Assembly (NCBI GenBank): GCA_043228905.1
Contig: JBHGNT010000022.1
Coordinates: forward strand, 4,898,001-4,962,000
Length of the DNA: 64,000 bases
Reading direction: 5' to 3'
From: Azolla caroliniana
Taxonomy: Eukaryota; Plantae; Polypodiophyta
Within the stretch, counting starts at the first letter, position 1, and each line of letters begins with the position of its first letter. The translations under genes and the position numbers were made by a program. Positions 1-12,000 of the stretch are shown one piece after another. The notes under the pieces were generated by a model. It saw only the letters and a program-made list of their open reading frames with translations. It did no database searches and had not been told where the DNA came from.

Positions 1-417
1 AAGTTATATGTTGTGTGCATATGCGTGATAGACTTTCAACTTTTTTCAGTAGCATTATTGCTGTTAAACAAAGATTCCCAATCTCACAAACTCTATTTGT
101 TCTATCCATTGATGAATTGGAAGAAATCATTGCCAAATTTGTAAAGGAAGAAGTTGTCATCAGGAATGTCATCATTATGCTTTTGTTCTTCGCAGATGAT
201 GTATTACTTTTTGCAAATACCTTAGGATATGCACAAAAGCTTATGAAGGCATTGGAAAATTTTGCATGCATACTAAATTAAGTGTCAACATCTCTAAAAC
301 AAATATTATGTTTGTGAAGCGCCAAAAAGAAAAAGATAAACCATGCATTATGTACAATAATGAGCCACTTTAATGTGTGGAAAGCTTCAAAATCTTGGTC
401 TTGAAGCTCTTTCAAAT
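1..417 (+). mobile_element. Degenerate LINE (RTE-like) reverse transcriptase fragment, 5' part; interrupted by Copia-1
   Basis: ORF 15..281 contains LLFFADDVLLFA (RT catalytic motif) and DELEE upstream; resumes after the CAAAT TSD at 5905-5909. Confidence 0.8.
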
Positions 418-3400
418 TGAAAACGATTACTTGCGGAAATGTTAGAAAACTGAGAAAGCAGAGAATACACAGAGTACACGGGAGAGACAGAGAGAGCAGA
501 AGGTAAAAGCTATATCCAAAACAATATAAACACTCTCTATCACTTACAACTGTGCTCAGTAGCATTATTTATACAAGTCCTCGTGGGACTGACAGAAGTA
601 CCGCGTACTTCAATGCTCACACAAGCATCTAACACTTACTACGAGACTATAACTGCCTAGTAGTCTAAACTAATACTAGGCTTCTGGTTACCGATTGGAT
701 CCGGCTAACCGGCTCTATTGCTTGCCAGTTTGGTTGCTCGTCGGCTTACCGATCTGTCTCGCTCACCGGCTCAGGCTTATCCAGCCGATCCGGCTCCAGT
801 TGAGCTTGTTGCTCAACACTCCCCCTCAAGCTCAACTTGAGGTTGGATCCTAGTGTCAGCCTCTATGGCAGTCGGTTCTTCCAACTGACTTCTCTTAGCA
901 TCGCTCCGCCTTGCTCGCGCTCCTTGTCCAGTCCGGTTCTGTTTGACACGACCCTTCTGGTTCTGCGCGTCTCGACCTTCTTGGTCGGCATGTCTACTCA
1001 ATAGGCCCCTCTCAGCTCCTTCGCTGCTATGACTCCGGTGCTTGCCGATCCGTCGGCTCCTCCGCGATGGCATCGACTTTCGTTGCATCTATGTCTGCTT
1101 GGCCTCCAGTTGATTCGGTTCATCTAGATCCGTCTGTTGGTCCGAATCGATTGTCCCTGATTCGTTCCAGCTCTTGTCCGAGACGGTATCCTCCGACTCG
1201 TCTTTCGGTTTAAGGCCCTTCACCACATCATACCACATCCGGGTCTTGGCCTTGCTTCCATCCTTGGCTTCTTCAGCCTCCTTGTCTCCCCCTCTTCCGG
1301 TTCTTCCCTTACCAGTGTCGGCAACAGTCTCTTTGCCTTTGCCCGTTCCGGCAGTGTCTTTGCCCCTTCTTCTCCCCCTCAAGTGCGGCACGTCGAGATG
1401 TTGAACACCAAGCATGTCGGTAAAGTGTTGCAACTTGTCTGATCCGAATGGCTTGGTGAAGATATCGGCAACTTGCCGATCCATGTGAACATACCGTAGT
1501 TCAACTTCACCGCTCAGGACCCACTCACGCACAAAGTGATAATGCACTTCTATGTGCTTCGTGCGAGCATGGAACACAGGGTTCTTTGCGAGTTGCATGC
1601 TGCTGATGTTATCACAATAAATCGGGATCGGGGTCGGTACCTCGATCCGCAAGTCTCGTAGCAGTTGCCGAAGCCAAATGGCTTCACAGGTGGCAACGGT
1701 CGTGCCCCGATACTCAGCCTCAATGCTTGACAGAGCCACAGTTGGTTGCTTTTTGCTGCTCCACGCAACAGCTACGCTCCCAAGGGAAAACATAAAACCG
1801 GAAGTGGATCTGCGATTTGACGCATCGCCAGCCCAGTCGGCATCCGTGTAACCGACTAGCTCTACGGTTATACCTCGTAGGTATAACAGTCCCCGGTCCT
1901 TCGTGCCACTTACATATCGCAGTATCCGTTGCGCGCACTGAAGGTGCTCCACGATCGGCTTCTGCATGAACTGACTTATCATTCCGACCGGATAGCTGAT
2001 GTCAAGTAGAGTGATAGTCAAGTAAATAAGGCTTCCGACAATTTGTCGGAACCGTTTGTCGTTGCAGGCCGGTCCGGAGTTGGGACAAATGCCGAACTTG
2101 TACAGCATATTCAAGACGTAATGTCGTTGTGAGAGTAATATGCCGTTGGGGGTTCGGATCACCTCGATCCCAAGAAAATAATGAAGGTCCCCCAGGTCCT
2201 TCATCTCAAATGCGTCCGACAACTAGGACTTGACGCGGTTGACTTCTAGAAGACCCAGTCCGGTGATGACTAAATCATCAACATACAACAGGATACATAC
2301 CGAACCGGCTGAGCCTTGCCGGATGAACAACGAAGAGTCAGAGTTGGAGGCCGCAAACCCCATCTTACGCAACCGGTGCATGATCTTCGCATTCCAAGCT
2401 CGAGGGGCTTGCTTCAGGCCGTACAACGACTTCTTTAGCCAGCATACCGCCGACTTGTTCATCTCCAATTGAAAACCGGGGGGCTGAGTCATAAAGACTT
2501 CTTCTTCAAGATCACCCTGAAGAAACGCATTCTTCACATCCATCTGGTGAAGATGCCACCCCCTTGCTGTAGCAACCGCCAGCACCACACGAACCGTCGT
2601 CATCTTCACTACCAGAGTGAAGGTCTCGTCGCAGTCGATTCCATGGGTCTGCGCGTATCCCTTCACCAGTAACCGGGCCTTGTACCAGTTAACTGAACCA
2701 TCGTCGTTGTACTTTACCTTGTACACCCACTTGCATCCGATCGGTTTACAGTGACGGGGAGGGTCAACTAGGTCCCATGTCTCGTTGACATCAAGTGCCC
2801 GCATTTCTTCCTCCATAGTGGCACGCCAATTTGCGTCCTTTGCCGCTTCTGCGTAGCTCTCCGGCTCACACACTTCCACCACCTTAGTCATGTATGCATA
2901 GTGATGCGCCATGTACTCATTGTACCCGTACCGTTGGACGGGATCCTTCTGGCGGGTGGACCGGCGTAACTCACCGTTACCCGGTTTGAGGCCCTTCTTG
3001 GCCGGTTCGGTCTTCGTTGCCGAAGATCCACCTTTCTCCTTGCCAGAGTCGGATGCACACCGATCCGACTCATCATTGCCGGTTTCAAATTCCGGTAGCT
3101 TTTTCTTCCCTTTCTCTTTGCGCGTGAACCATCTCCTCGATTCCTTGCGCGGGGAGAGCATGGCAGAGTCTCCACTACTCGTCGGTTCCTCATTGGATTG
3201 GTTAGACTGACTCAGTCTTTCGTTCGGCCCGCTCAACCGAAACGATTCCGGACTCTCATCTTGAGTCCACGCTTCATCATCATCTACCTGGGCCGATTCA
3301 GGCTCACTAGCCTCATCCTCCGGCATCAGGTCGGATTCAAAAGTCGGAGCCGGTAAGGAGTACCACGATGCCGATTCATCGAACTCGACATCTCGACTAA

Positions 3401-5904
3401 CTCGGACCTGCTTTGTCCGGGGGTTATAACACTTATAACCCTTTTGCTCTTGAGCATAGCCGATTAGGATGCATTTTTTCGATTTTGCATCCAACTTCCT
3501 CCGCTTCTCATCCGGTACATGCACATATGCAATGCTACTGAAGATCTTAAGGTGAGCGACCGGTTCTTCCTTTCGGCAACCCCGTTCTGTTGCGGTGTGT
3601 ATCTGCAGCTGAACTCTCGCCGAATTCCCTTTTGTTGTAGATAACTGTTGAATTGGCCGGAAAAGTACTATTTTCCACCATCCGACCGTAGACATTTGAT
3701 CTTCCTCTCCGATTCCCGTTCCACCATGCTTTGGAGACTCCGGAAACACTCGAAGACTTCACTCTTCCGCTCAATGAGGTAGATCCATGTTTGCGCGTAT
3801 AGTCGTCGATGAAAGAGACGAAATATCAACTCCCGCCAAGACTAACATTCTGTGCCAGTTCCCACACATCCGAATGGATAAGGTCGAGCTTGTTACAGCT
3901 CCGGTTACGTTCGGTGGGGAATGGAATCCGGTGTTGCTTCCCGAGTTGGCAGGCTTCACATACTTGGGCCTTCCGGCCGCTGAACTTCGGCAAACCGAAA
4001 ACAACTTGTTTTGCTTGCAGGTCTTGAAGCCTCCGGTAATTGACGTGGCCTATCCGCTTGTGCCACAAGTCGATGTCCGATTCGACCTTCTATCCTTTTG
4101 CAAACAGAGCGGTGCTGACGTCATTGGTGTTGAGGATAAACATCCTCCCGTCTTTGTGCCCTTGCACAATAATTTGGCCCTCTTCCTCGATGAAGCACCC
4201 GAGGTGCGTAAACCGCACCTGCATCCCTTGGTCGACGATCTGTCCGACCAACACCAGGTTCTTCGTGATTGTCGGAATGTGTAATACATTCATCAGCTTC
4301 CCTTTCTATCCAACGTGGCTTAAAGGGACTTCTCCGACGTGCACGATTGGGTGAGGAGTGTCGTCTCCGATTTCGACTACTCCTGGTTGATCCGGTTTCT
4401 CCAAAAAGGAGAACCACTCTTTGTGGCTCGTCATGTGGTTCAACGCACCTGAATCAACATACCACACTTCCTCCAATTTGGAAGTGGTCTTCTTCATCGA
4501 GTTCACCTCGTGCTTCATCACCAAGGTTGGCCCGTTACCGTTCTTGGATCCTCCCAATCCCTTCGCGTAGTGCGAGCTTTGCCGGCCATCCTTGCTGGAT
4601 CCAAATTTGTCCGAATCGGTGCGTTTTCTCCAGCACTCGCTTTCTCTGTGGCCCTTTTTGCCATAGTACCAGCATTCCGTTGCAGTCTTCTCTTGCCGTC
4701 TTCCGGTGCCGCCATGACTCCCCCTGCTCCCGGAGGATCCGGAACTGTCGTCCACCACGCCCACGGGACCGATCCGCTTCCGTGTACAACATCTGGCTAT
4801 TAATGGGTGCGCTAGTTGATGCACCGCGTGGTTCTCCTCTACAAGGAGCATCGACTGTAAGTCGAAAAATGACGGCGTATTCTCCCTTGTACATACCGTC
4901 GTTCAGAATGCTTTGAACTTAGATGCCAGGCCCCCAAGACAAACCTGTACCATCTCATCTTCCTCTACGGTAACGTTGATAGAGGCAAGCGAATCACAGA
5001 TCTCTTTGATCCGGGTCGTGTAATCCGCCACCGACATGTCCTTCTGTCGGACATTGCTCAACTCCTATCAGAGTTGCAGCTTCCGAGCTGTAGTGCTCGC
5101 GGCAAAAACCTTCTTCAAGTTTCCCCAAGCCTCCTTCGGCGTCTTGGCGTCTCGGATGTGGCTCAGCAGCTGGTCTCCGACACTGGACGCGAAGCAGTAC
5201 ATCACTCTGCTTGCCGATTGTTCCCACACTGGGAAATCCTTATGTGCCGCATCAAGTGCTATTTCGTTGGCTCCTTCGACGAAACTCCAGTAGCCATGCC
5301 CAAGCAGGTACTGGTGCATCTTGTACGACCAAGATGTATAGTTGGATCTGTCGAGTTTCTCCACAGGGAGCGAGCTAGCCAGTCCTCTATCCATCACTTC
5401 TCTGTCTGTTGTTGTTACGACCTGTTAGGGTTTGCTTTCAAGCGTTTGTCGGTTGCAGAGGTTCTCAACCCTCGCGCTCTGATACCATGAAAATGATTAC
5501 TTGCGGAAGCGTTAGAAAACAGAGAAAGCAGAGAATACACAGAGTACACGGGAGAGACAGAGAGAGCAGAAGGTAAAAGCTATATTCAAAACAATATAAA
5601 CACTCTCTATCACTTACAACTATGCTCAGTAGCACTATTTATACAAGTCCTCTTGGGACTGATAGAAGTACCACGTACTTCAATGCTCACACGAGCATCT
5701 GACACTTACTACGAGACTATAATTGCCTAGTAGTCTAAACTAATATTAGGCTTCCGGTTACCGATTGGATCCGGCTAACCGGCTCCCCAGCTCACCGGCT
5801 CTGTTGCTTGCCTACTCGGTTGCTCACCGGCTTACCGATCCGTCTCGCTCACCGGCTTAGGCTTATCCAACCGATCCGGCTCCAGTTGAGCTTGCCGCTC
5901 AACA
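418..5904 (-). mobile_element. Copia-1: full-length but mutated Ty1/Copia LTR retrotransposon
   Basis: LTRs 418-818 and 5488-5904 (TG..CA); TSD CAAAT (413-417/5905-5909); PBS TGGTATCAGAGC at 5476-5487; polypurine tract (PPT) at 819-830; gag (EKLDRSNY, CWYYGKKGH), protease (WYVDSGA), integrase, RT (LYVDD) and RNase H (YTDADWA) fragments in Copia order. Confidence 0.97.
813..5397 (-). pseudogene. Copia-1 gag-pol, broken by stops and frameshifts
   Basis: ORF pieces 5068..5397, 4306..4851, 3826..4068, 2223..3749, 1089..2222, 813..1088; the last three are in frame, separated by single TAG codons. Confidence 0.9.
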
Positions 5905-5909
5905 CAAAT

Positions 5910-6540
5910 CATAGATGAAATGATTGTGCTACACGCCGCTTAGAGGCAGGAAAGAGAGAATATTATGCATTTGAGAACATATGCAATCATGGAGATATTA
6001 AGTGTTGGGTCTTCAAGAAATACTTTTTTGACACTTTGGTGATACTAGTGCTTCTCTATGGGGTGGAAGTATGGGGTGGTAGCATCCCTAAATCTACTTG
6101 GAAAGAGTTTGAAAATGTCCAAAAACATTTTCTTACAATGTTTTTCGAAGTCAAGAAATAAAAAACCATACACCCTCCTCCTTGAGACAGGATCACATCC
6201 CATTGAGATCATGGCCATGAAAAGGTTTGTTGGATACATGCTTAAGGTTCAAAAAATTCCCTCACATCGACTTCTTGGATTTGCATGGAAAGCAAGCAAA
6301 AAGATCCAAAAGATGCATAAAAGGAAAATTTTGTGTTTCGGTTGGGTGCAAGATATGTAAAAATGGTTCGATTGCTGCAATGCAACACACTTGCTTCATG
6401 ATGCATCACTAGATTCCTCTATAAATGAGGCCATTTTGCAACCCCAACTACAATTACATGGGACAAATGTGGAGGCTCACACTTCACGCATTATACAACA
6501 CATGTTGCACCTAATTACAAAACCATATTCTTCACCTACG
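5910..6540 (+). mobile_element. Continuation of the degenerate LINE ORF2
   Basis: VLLYGVEVWG-like motif at about 6048; continues the RT fragment across the TSD. Confidence 0.7.
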
Positions 6541-6612
6541 ATGTGAGATGAGGTGTTGGGGCACAAGTGATGAGAGTGGTCGAGTATGCATGCATTGTCT
6601 TAAACATGTTCA

Positions 6613-7713
6613 TGCCATGATATGGCAAGACCCAAGCCCATGACCTTATGTTACATGGGTCGAGCTCTTGACCATTAGACTATATAGTGTAATACGAAGA
6701 ATATTATTTTCATTTAAGTTTTACTATAGAAAATTGATGTATATTCCAGATTTCTCTAGAACATTCTAGAAACTTCAAGAGTACTCCTAAGAACACTATA
6801 AAAGGAGGCACAAGGCATTATTTCGAACCAAATCGGTTCAATGCCAGTTTAAAGCCTCCTAGCTACTATTGTATACCCTCTTAACATAATATATATCTTT
6901 TGTTATCATGTGGTTGGGTTGTTGACATAAGGAAATGGTTTAGAAGATGGGGTGTGGATGATCTTCTAGAGCTTTTGGACAATGCTATGCAGTATGTAAT
7001 GATTGAGGAAAGGTTGGTGGAATCATTAAGGATGAAGTGGGAGGATGCTAAGAGGACAAAGCTAGAATACTACATTGCAAATGTCAACCCTGAATGTTGG
7101 TCTCAATATAAAGCAAGAATGTCTATTGATCGTATCCAACCTTATCTCATTACCAATATGAGTACCAATGCTCATAGAGCCCTTACACTACTTCGCACTC
7201 GATCTCACAAGTTAGGTATTGAAGTTGCATCATGGTATCAAAATGTAATGAATTTGAAGACATGTAAAGTATGCAATGAAGGCATGGTAGAGGATGAATG
7301 TCACTTCCCCTTCACATGCTCAACATATAGTGCAATTCGTTCAAGATATGCTGACATACTAAGAGGGAGTGATAACTTAAGTGCCATACTTAAGACACCA
7401 CCTAGAAGGTTGAGCTCATATGTGTATGCTTTACTAACACATAGAGCCTTTGTGCTTCAACGTATGAATACCCCTTCTTAGGAAGGAGACATTTATCAAG
7501 AACACTTATACTCTGGTCCCATAGGCCAAAATTGGCCTCTTTATGGACGATAAAAATTCTAATTCTAATTCTAATTCTCTTTCACTCACTCTTTCCTTCT
7601 CTTGAGAGTTCTACACCTCCCTTAGTACTAATCCTCATCTTTTAGTACTAATTCCTTCTCTGTCTTAGTACTATTCTTTACAGTACTTCTTTGTCTTAGA
7701 ATTATTCCTGACA
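6613..7713 (+). mobile_element. Solo LTR of a Tcn1-like chromovirus family, interrupted by a LINE 3' end
   Basis: TGCCATGATATGG...CCTGACA; near-TSD GTTCA/GTTCG; homologous to the reverse complement of LTR 51045-51492. Confidence 0.85.
6905..7578 (+). mobile_element. 5'-truncated LINE 3' end with zinc knuckle and (AATTCT)n tail
   Basis: ORF 6900..7481 has LRTRSHKLGIE and CKVC..EDECHF..TC; ends in CTCTTTATGGACGATAAAA(ATTCTA)n. Confidence 0.85.
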
Positions 7714-7968
7714 GTTCGAGAGTCTAAGTATGACACATTGATACAATGCTCTACCTTTGATCATATTTCACCATGCTTTCCACACATCTTCGACCAAGCC
7801 CAATGCTTGCACAAATTTCTATCACAACCGTGGATATTATGAACTCTCGATTGCAAAATTCATTGGTAAATTTCGTGAACATTGAGAGTCCCTACTCACT
7901 TTCACATATATCATGTGAAATGTTATATTTTCTCTCTAATAGGTCATATTTTACCTCGAAAGACGATA

Positions 7969-8032
<64 letters not shown>

Positions 8033-8465
8033 ATGGCAAAACTATTTGGATGTATGATGGAATCAAACACAAATGCATGGGCAAAAAGAAATGGTAAGAG
8101 AGATTATAAACATTGTAACAACATCCATCTATCACCTTGTCACCCTTCGAGTGTTAATGGAAGAAACTTGCTTGAGAGGTAAGGGTTTATATTTTTCCTT
8201 CGTAGATTTCAAGATAGCATATTGCTTATTATTACAACTATAATAGAGTTTATTCCAGTTGGTAACATTGAGATAACTCCTCATTTTGTTATGTCTTCTC
8301 AACACCCACAAGTTGTAGCTCTCTAAGAAACATCTAATTCTTTTGCTCTTGACCAAGCATGCAAAAGGGAGTTACATTGCATGAAGAGTGATAGATGTGA
8401 GAGTGGGCAAAAGAGAGTAAGAGTGTGCAAAGAAAGGAAGACAGAGACAGAGACAGAGACAGAGA

Positions 8466-8543
8466 CTTCGGGGACATTTGATAAAATTGGAACGATACAA
8501 AGAAGATTAGCATGGCCCCTATGCAAGGATGACACGAACAAAT

Positions 8544-8545
<2 letters not shown>
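8466..8545 (+). pseudogene. U6: U6 snRNA-derived fragment
   Basis: CTTCGGGGACAT.TGATAAAATTGGAACGATACAAAGAAGATTAGCATGGCCCCT.TGCAAGGATGACACG matches plant U6; the ACAGAGA box reads ACAAAGA; 3' end missing; flanked by (GAGACA)n and (GA)n rather than USE/TATA. Confidence 0.92.
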
Positions 8546-8579
<34 letters not shown>

Positions 8580-8584
<5 letters not shown>

Positions 8585-9069
8585 TATGAAGTATGTATAG
8601 AGAGGTGAGATAATTGGGTTTCAAACCCAAGACATTGTGCTTGTAGTCTAAGGGTTATGGGTTCAACCCTTACATTCACAGTGGCATCTAGTGAATTAAG
8701 AGATATCTATGAAGTATATAATAGAGAGGTGAGTAAATTGAGTTTCGAACCCAAAACATAGGGGCTTGTAGTGTAACAACTTACCAATAGGGTAAGCTAA
8801 TTAAGATAAAAAAAAGAGAGTTGATCAAGATGATATGAAGATATGTATGAAGTATGTAATAGAGAGGTGAGTAAAAGTGGGTTTCGAGCCCAGGACATAG
8901 TGGCTTGTAGTGTAGCAACTTACCAATAGGGTAAGCTAATTAAGATAAAAAAGAGAGAGTTGATCAAGATCATATGAAGATATGTGTGTAGCAACTTACC
9001 AATAGCGTAAGCTAATATAGGAGAGAGAATAAGAATGAGAATGACATTTTTCTAAGTAAAAGAGATGGT
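8580..9069 (-). repeat. Tandem ~140-bp units with tRNA-like A/B-box motifs; array continues at 14563-14740
   Basis: Repeated TTCGAACCC...GGCTTGTAGTGTA.CAACTTACCAATAGGGTAAGCTAATT (minus strand: TACCCTATTGGTAAG ... GGGTTCGAAAC). Confidence 0.7.
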
Positions 9070-12000
9070 TGTTACCTGTAGGATTGTACAGGAGGTATAA
9101 GGGTAAAACATGTTGAGAAACCAATCCTTATTTCACAAGAAATAAATATGCTGAAATGCACAACTCAAAAACACAGAAAAAGTATACACAGATTTAACGT
9201 GGAAACCCTAAACGGGAAAACCACGGGAACAGAGATTCCACTATACACAAGAGAGTACAAGAAAAAGGCAGTTACAATCTTCCTGGCACACACACAAGGT
9301 AAACCCGCTTAGGGTTCTTAACAAGTTCATTGAACTTTGTTGCCGCTCTCTGTCTCATGCTCACACGCTCGCTTTCTTCTTTGTCTCGCTAAGTTACGCT
9401 ACAGAGGCTCACACACTATTATGTTCTACTCTACTGTTTTCCCTAAGTGTATTTATACTTATACCCTGTATGGGCTATTTACAAATGTAGCCACTACTAC
9501 TGTCATTCTTATTATTATCTGATATTAATAATGGTCTTACGAATCAGCCAACTCCTCCATCGGCTGTCGGGTCGGTCCGACTAGTCGGCCTGGTCATCGA
9601 CCATCCAGTGGGCCCGATTAACTGGTCGTGTCTTCGACCTTGATCAACTCTCTTTGAGTTGACGCCTCAACCATCAGCCCTCATCTGACCAGTCAGTTTC
9701 TCCCTATCTTCGACTGTCGACTCCTCCCACTGGAGGGACATATTCCTAACAAACTCCCCCTTCACTCCTGTGGGGAGGAGTCCGTTATTCCTATCTTCTG
9801 TCAACAAACTCTGAGTCGATCCATCAGTAGGTTCTTTGTCAACATATCGGATCCATTGTCGTCAATATGGATCTTCATGAGGGTAAACTCTTCTTCTTCG
9901 ACTTTCTCCCATAACCAGTAATACCTTCTCTATATGTGTTTGGTCTGGGAGTGGTATGCAGCATTATTGGCTAGATGTATGGCACTCTGGTTATCACAAT
10001 GAAGCAAGAAATCCCTTTTCTTCATCCCCAACTCGCTGAGAAAGTTTCTCATCCAAATCATCTCCTTGCCAGCCTCTACCACTCCCATGTACTTTGCCTC
10101 TGTGGTCGACAAGGCCATAGACTTCTACAGTCGTGACTGCCACGACACTACTCCACCTGCATAGGTCATCACGTACCCTTATGTAGATCGAATTGATTCC
10201 ACATCCCCCGACATGTCCGAGTTGGTAAACCCTTCAAGCATGGGTTTTCCGACACCATACTTAAGACACACACCGGAGGTGCCTTTTAAGTACCTGAGTA
10301 TCCATTTCATTGTTGCCCAGTGTTCTCATCTTGGATTACTCATATATCGTCTTAATGTTCCCATAACAAATGTTATGTCTGGTCTCGTATAGACCATAGC
10401 ATACATTACGTTGTCGATAGCTGAGGCATACGGTACTTTCTTCATCTCAGCCTTTTCTTTCTCCCTTCTCGAGCATTGTTGGGCATTCAACTTGCAATTT
10501 TTTTACAACACCGAGTCGATTGGCTTTGCCTCGGACATGTTGAACCTTTCTAGGATCTTTCTCACATACTTTTGTTGTGACAGCCACAACACTTTCTTAG
10601 TTCTATCCCGAACTATGTGCATCCCCAAGAGCTGTTTAGCCGGTCCAAGATCTTTCATGGAAAATGATTTGCCTAGAGCCTTCTTCAAGCTTCCGATCTT
10701 CCTTGTGTCTTGACCGACTATCAACATGTCGTCTACATATAATAAGAGAATCAAGAAATCACCTTTTTTGTACCTTTTGATGAACACATAGTGATCCGCT
10801 TGTGTTTTCTGGAACCCATATTCTACCATGAAGGATTCGAACTTCTTGTACCACTGGCATGGAGCGTGTTTCAGACCACACAAACTTTTTTTCAATCGGC
10901 ACACCAGATTCTCTTTCCCTTTCTCCTCAAAGCCTTTGGGATGTTGCATGTATATCTCTTCATCCATCTCCCCGTGCAAGAATTTTGTCTTGATATCCAA
11001 TTGTTCGATCTCCATATCCATGTTGGCAGCAATGCTCAGAACAGTTCAGATGGATGTCATATTCACGATTGGTGTGAAAATCTCGTCGAGTCGACACCCT
11101 TTTTCTGTTGGAAACCCTTCACCACAATGTGGGCTTTATACTTGGGTGCACTGTCGACTTCTCCAGTCTTCACCTTATAGACCCATTTGTTCCTAAGTGC
11201 TTTCTTACCTTCAGGTAATTCTACCAGATCGTAGGTGTAGTTTTCATGCAAGGATTCCATCTCGTCTTGCATTGCACTTAGCCATTTTTCTTTGTGCTCA
11301 TCGGAAATGGTTTCATCATAACACTCTGGTTCACCTTCATCAGTCAAGAGGATGTATTGACTGGCATATGTTGTCGGTGCTCTCCTTTCTCTGAGTGGGT
11401 ATCTCCTTCCACTCGTTCTCGGCTTCAGTTCGGATGTCTCTATCGACTCTACTCTTGGCTCAGGTTCATGTATGTCGATTGGTTTCTCAAGGTTGGACGA
11501 CTCCGACTCATATTCCTCAATCAATCTTAACAACTCTGTTGATTCAGATTCATAGTCGGTCGGTTCCTCCGAGTCAACCGACTCGGATTCGGCTATGCCG
11601 AATGATTGTCTCGGAACAGCCGACTACGTCGATTCATTTGGCCTTAAGTCGGTGGTAGTGGGAGTCGACTGGGGACTCGATTCCGACTTCTTTTGCTTCT
11701 AGTCCTCAATCTTCTTGTCTTCCAAGAAGACTATGTCCCGACTTCTCACCACCTTTTTGTCAACTAGGTCCCATAGCCTATAGCTGAACTCATCTTTCAA
11801 GTATCCCATGAATATGCATGGTTTCAACTTTCTGTTGAGCTTTGACCTCTAATTCTTAGCTACATGCATATACACCAGACATCTGAACACCCTCAAGTGC
11901 CGGTAGGAGACATCCTTTCCCATCCACACCCTTTGTGGAACATCACCTTTCAATGGTACTGAGGGGGACCTATTGATCAAATTAAATAGTCGTGTACATC

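Noticed and set aside
8466-8545. Functional U6 gene
   Set aside because: ACAGAGA box mutated, 3' end and terminator missing, no USE/TATA upstream
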